NCBI GenBank assembly: GCA_964016885.1
Contig: OZ024744.1
Location: 85,126,001-85,190,000 of the forward strand
DNA length: 64,000 nt
Reading direction: 5' to 3'
Origin: Eledone cirrhosa
Lineage: Eukaryota
Shown here: positions 63,641 to 64,000 of the stretch, one piece after another
Layout: each line of letters opens with the position of its first letter
Numbering within the stretch: the first letter of the stretch is position 1
The notes under the pieces: model-generated
What the model was told of the DNA's origin: nothing
The model's database searches: none
Seen by the model: only the letters and a program-made list of their open reading frames with translations
Program-made: the position numbers and the translations under genes

Positions 63641-64000
63641 GTGAGGACAAGTGCAGAGAGATCTCCAGATATAAAGCAATGCCTAAATACATAAATACAT
63701 ACATACACACATACATACATACATACATACATACATAAATATCATACATACATACATACATACTTACATACATACATAAATACATACATACATACATACA
63801 TACATACATACATACATACAAAACTTGTGGGCTCCCTACAAGTGATATGGAATGATATGTTTCAAGAGATACACAGCCTTAATGTGAGTGACAGACCATA
63901 CAACACTAGAGTCAGTAAAGAACCCACTAAATTGGAATTGGAAGCGGTGAACGAAATAGCTGGCAATTATCTGAAGGCTATACGATCTAAAGGTGTAGAA

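Larger units (their letters stand above)
58526..63820. repeat. Extended microsatellite zone (ATAC),(AAC),(TA),(TAGA),(GA),(TATG)
   Basis: Visible tandem repeats with short unique islands. Confidence 0.9.

Overview
Eukaryotic, AT-rich, repeat-saturated window with no recognisable host gene. The (TA)n/(ATAC)n/(GA)n microsatellite load and the abundant tRNA-headed SINE families resemble a cephalopod (octopus-like) genome; this is inferred, not shown. Main contents: (i) L1/Tx1-clade LINEs, namely one 5'-truncated + strand copy (3.4-8.3 kb) and a minus-strand head-to-tail stack at 28.5-41.4 kb of two full-length copies, one tiny 3' stub and one internally deleted copy, mostly separated by (AAT)n; (ii) an 8.1-kb 24-bp minisatellite next to a 50-bp minisatellite; (iii) many SINE copies, RTE/Penelope/RLE-LINE fragments, a decayed maT-like Tc1/mariner and several MITEs. 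All TE ORFs are disrupted. The most notable signal: all four divergent Tx1 copies that retain the ORF1/ORF2 junction carry a GT(A/G)AGT splice donor at the end of ORF1 followed by a pyrimidine tract. In three of them the tract ends in a YAG, and in the three copies that keep ORF2's start this site lies 1-7 nt before the ATG. This suggests splicing-controlled ORF2 expression in a microsatellite-targeting LINE family whose 3' end also resembles the tail of the dominant SINE.
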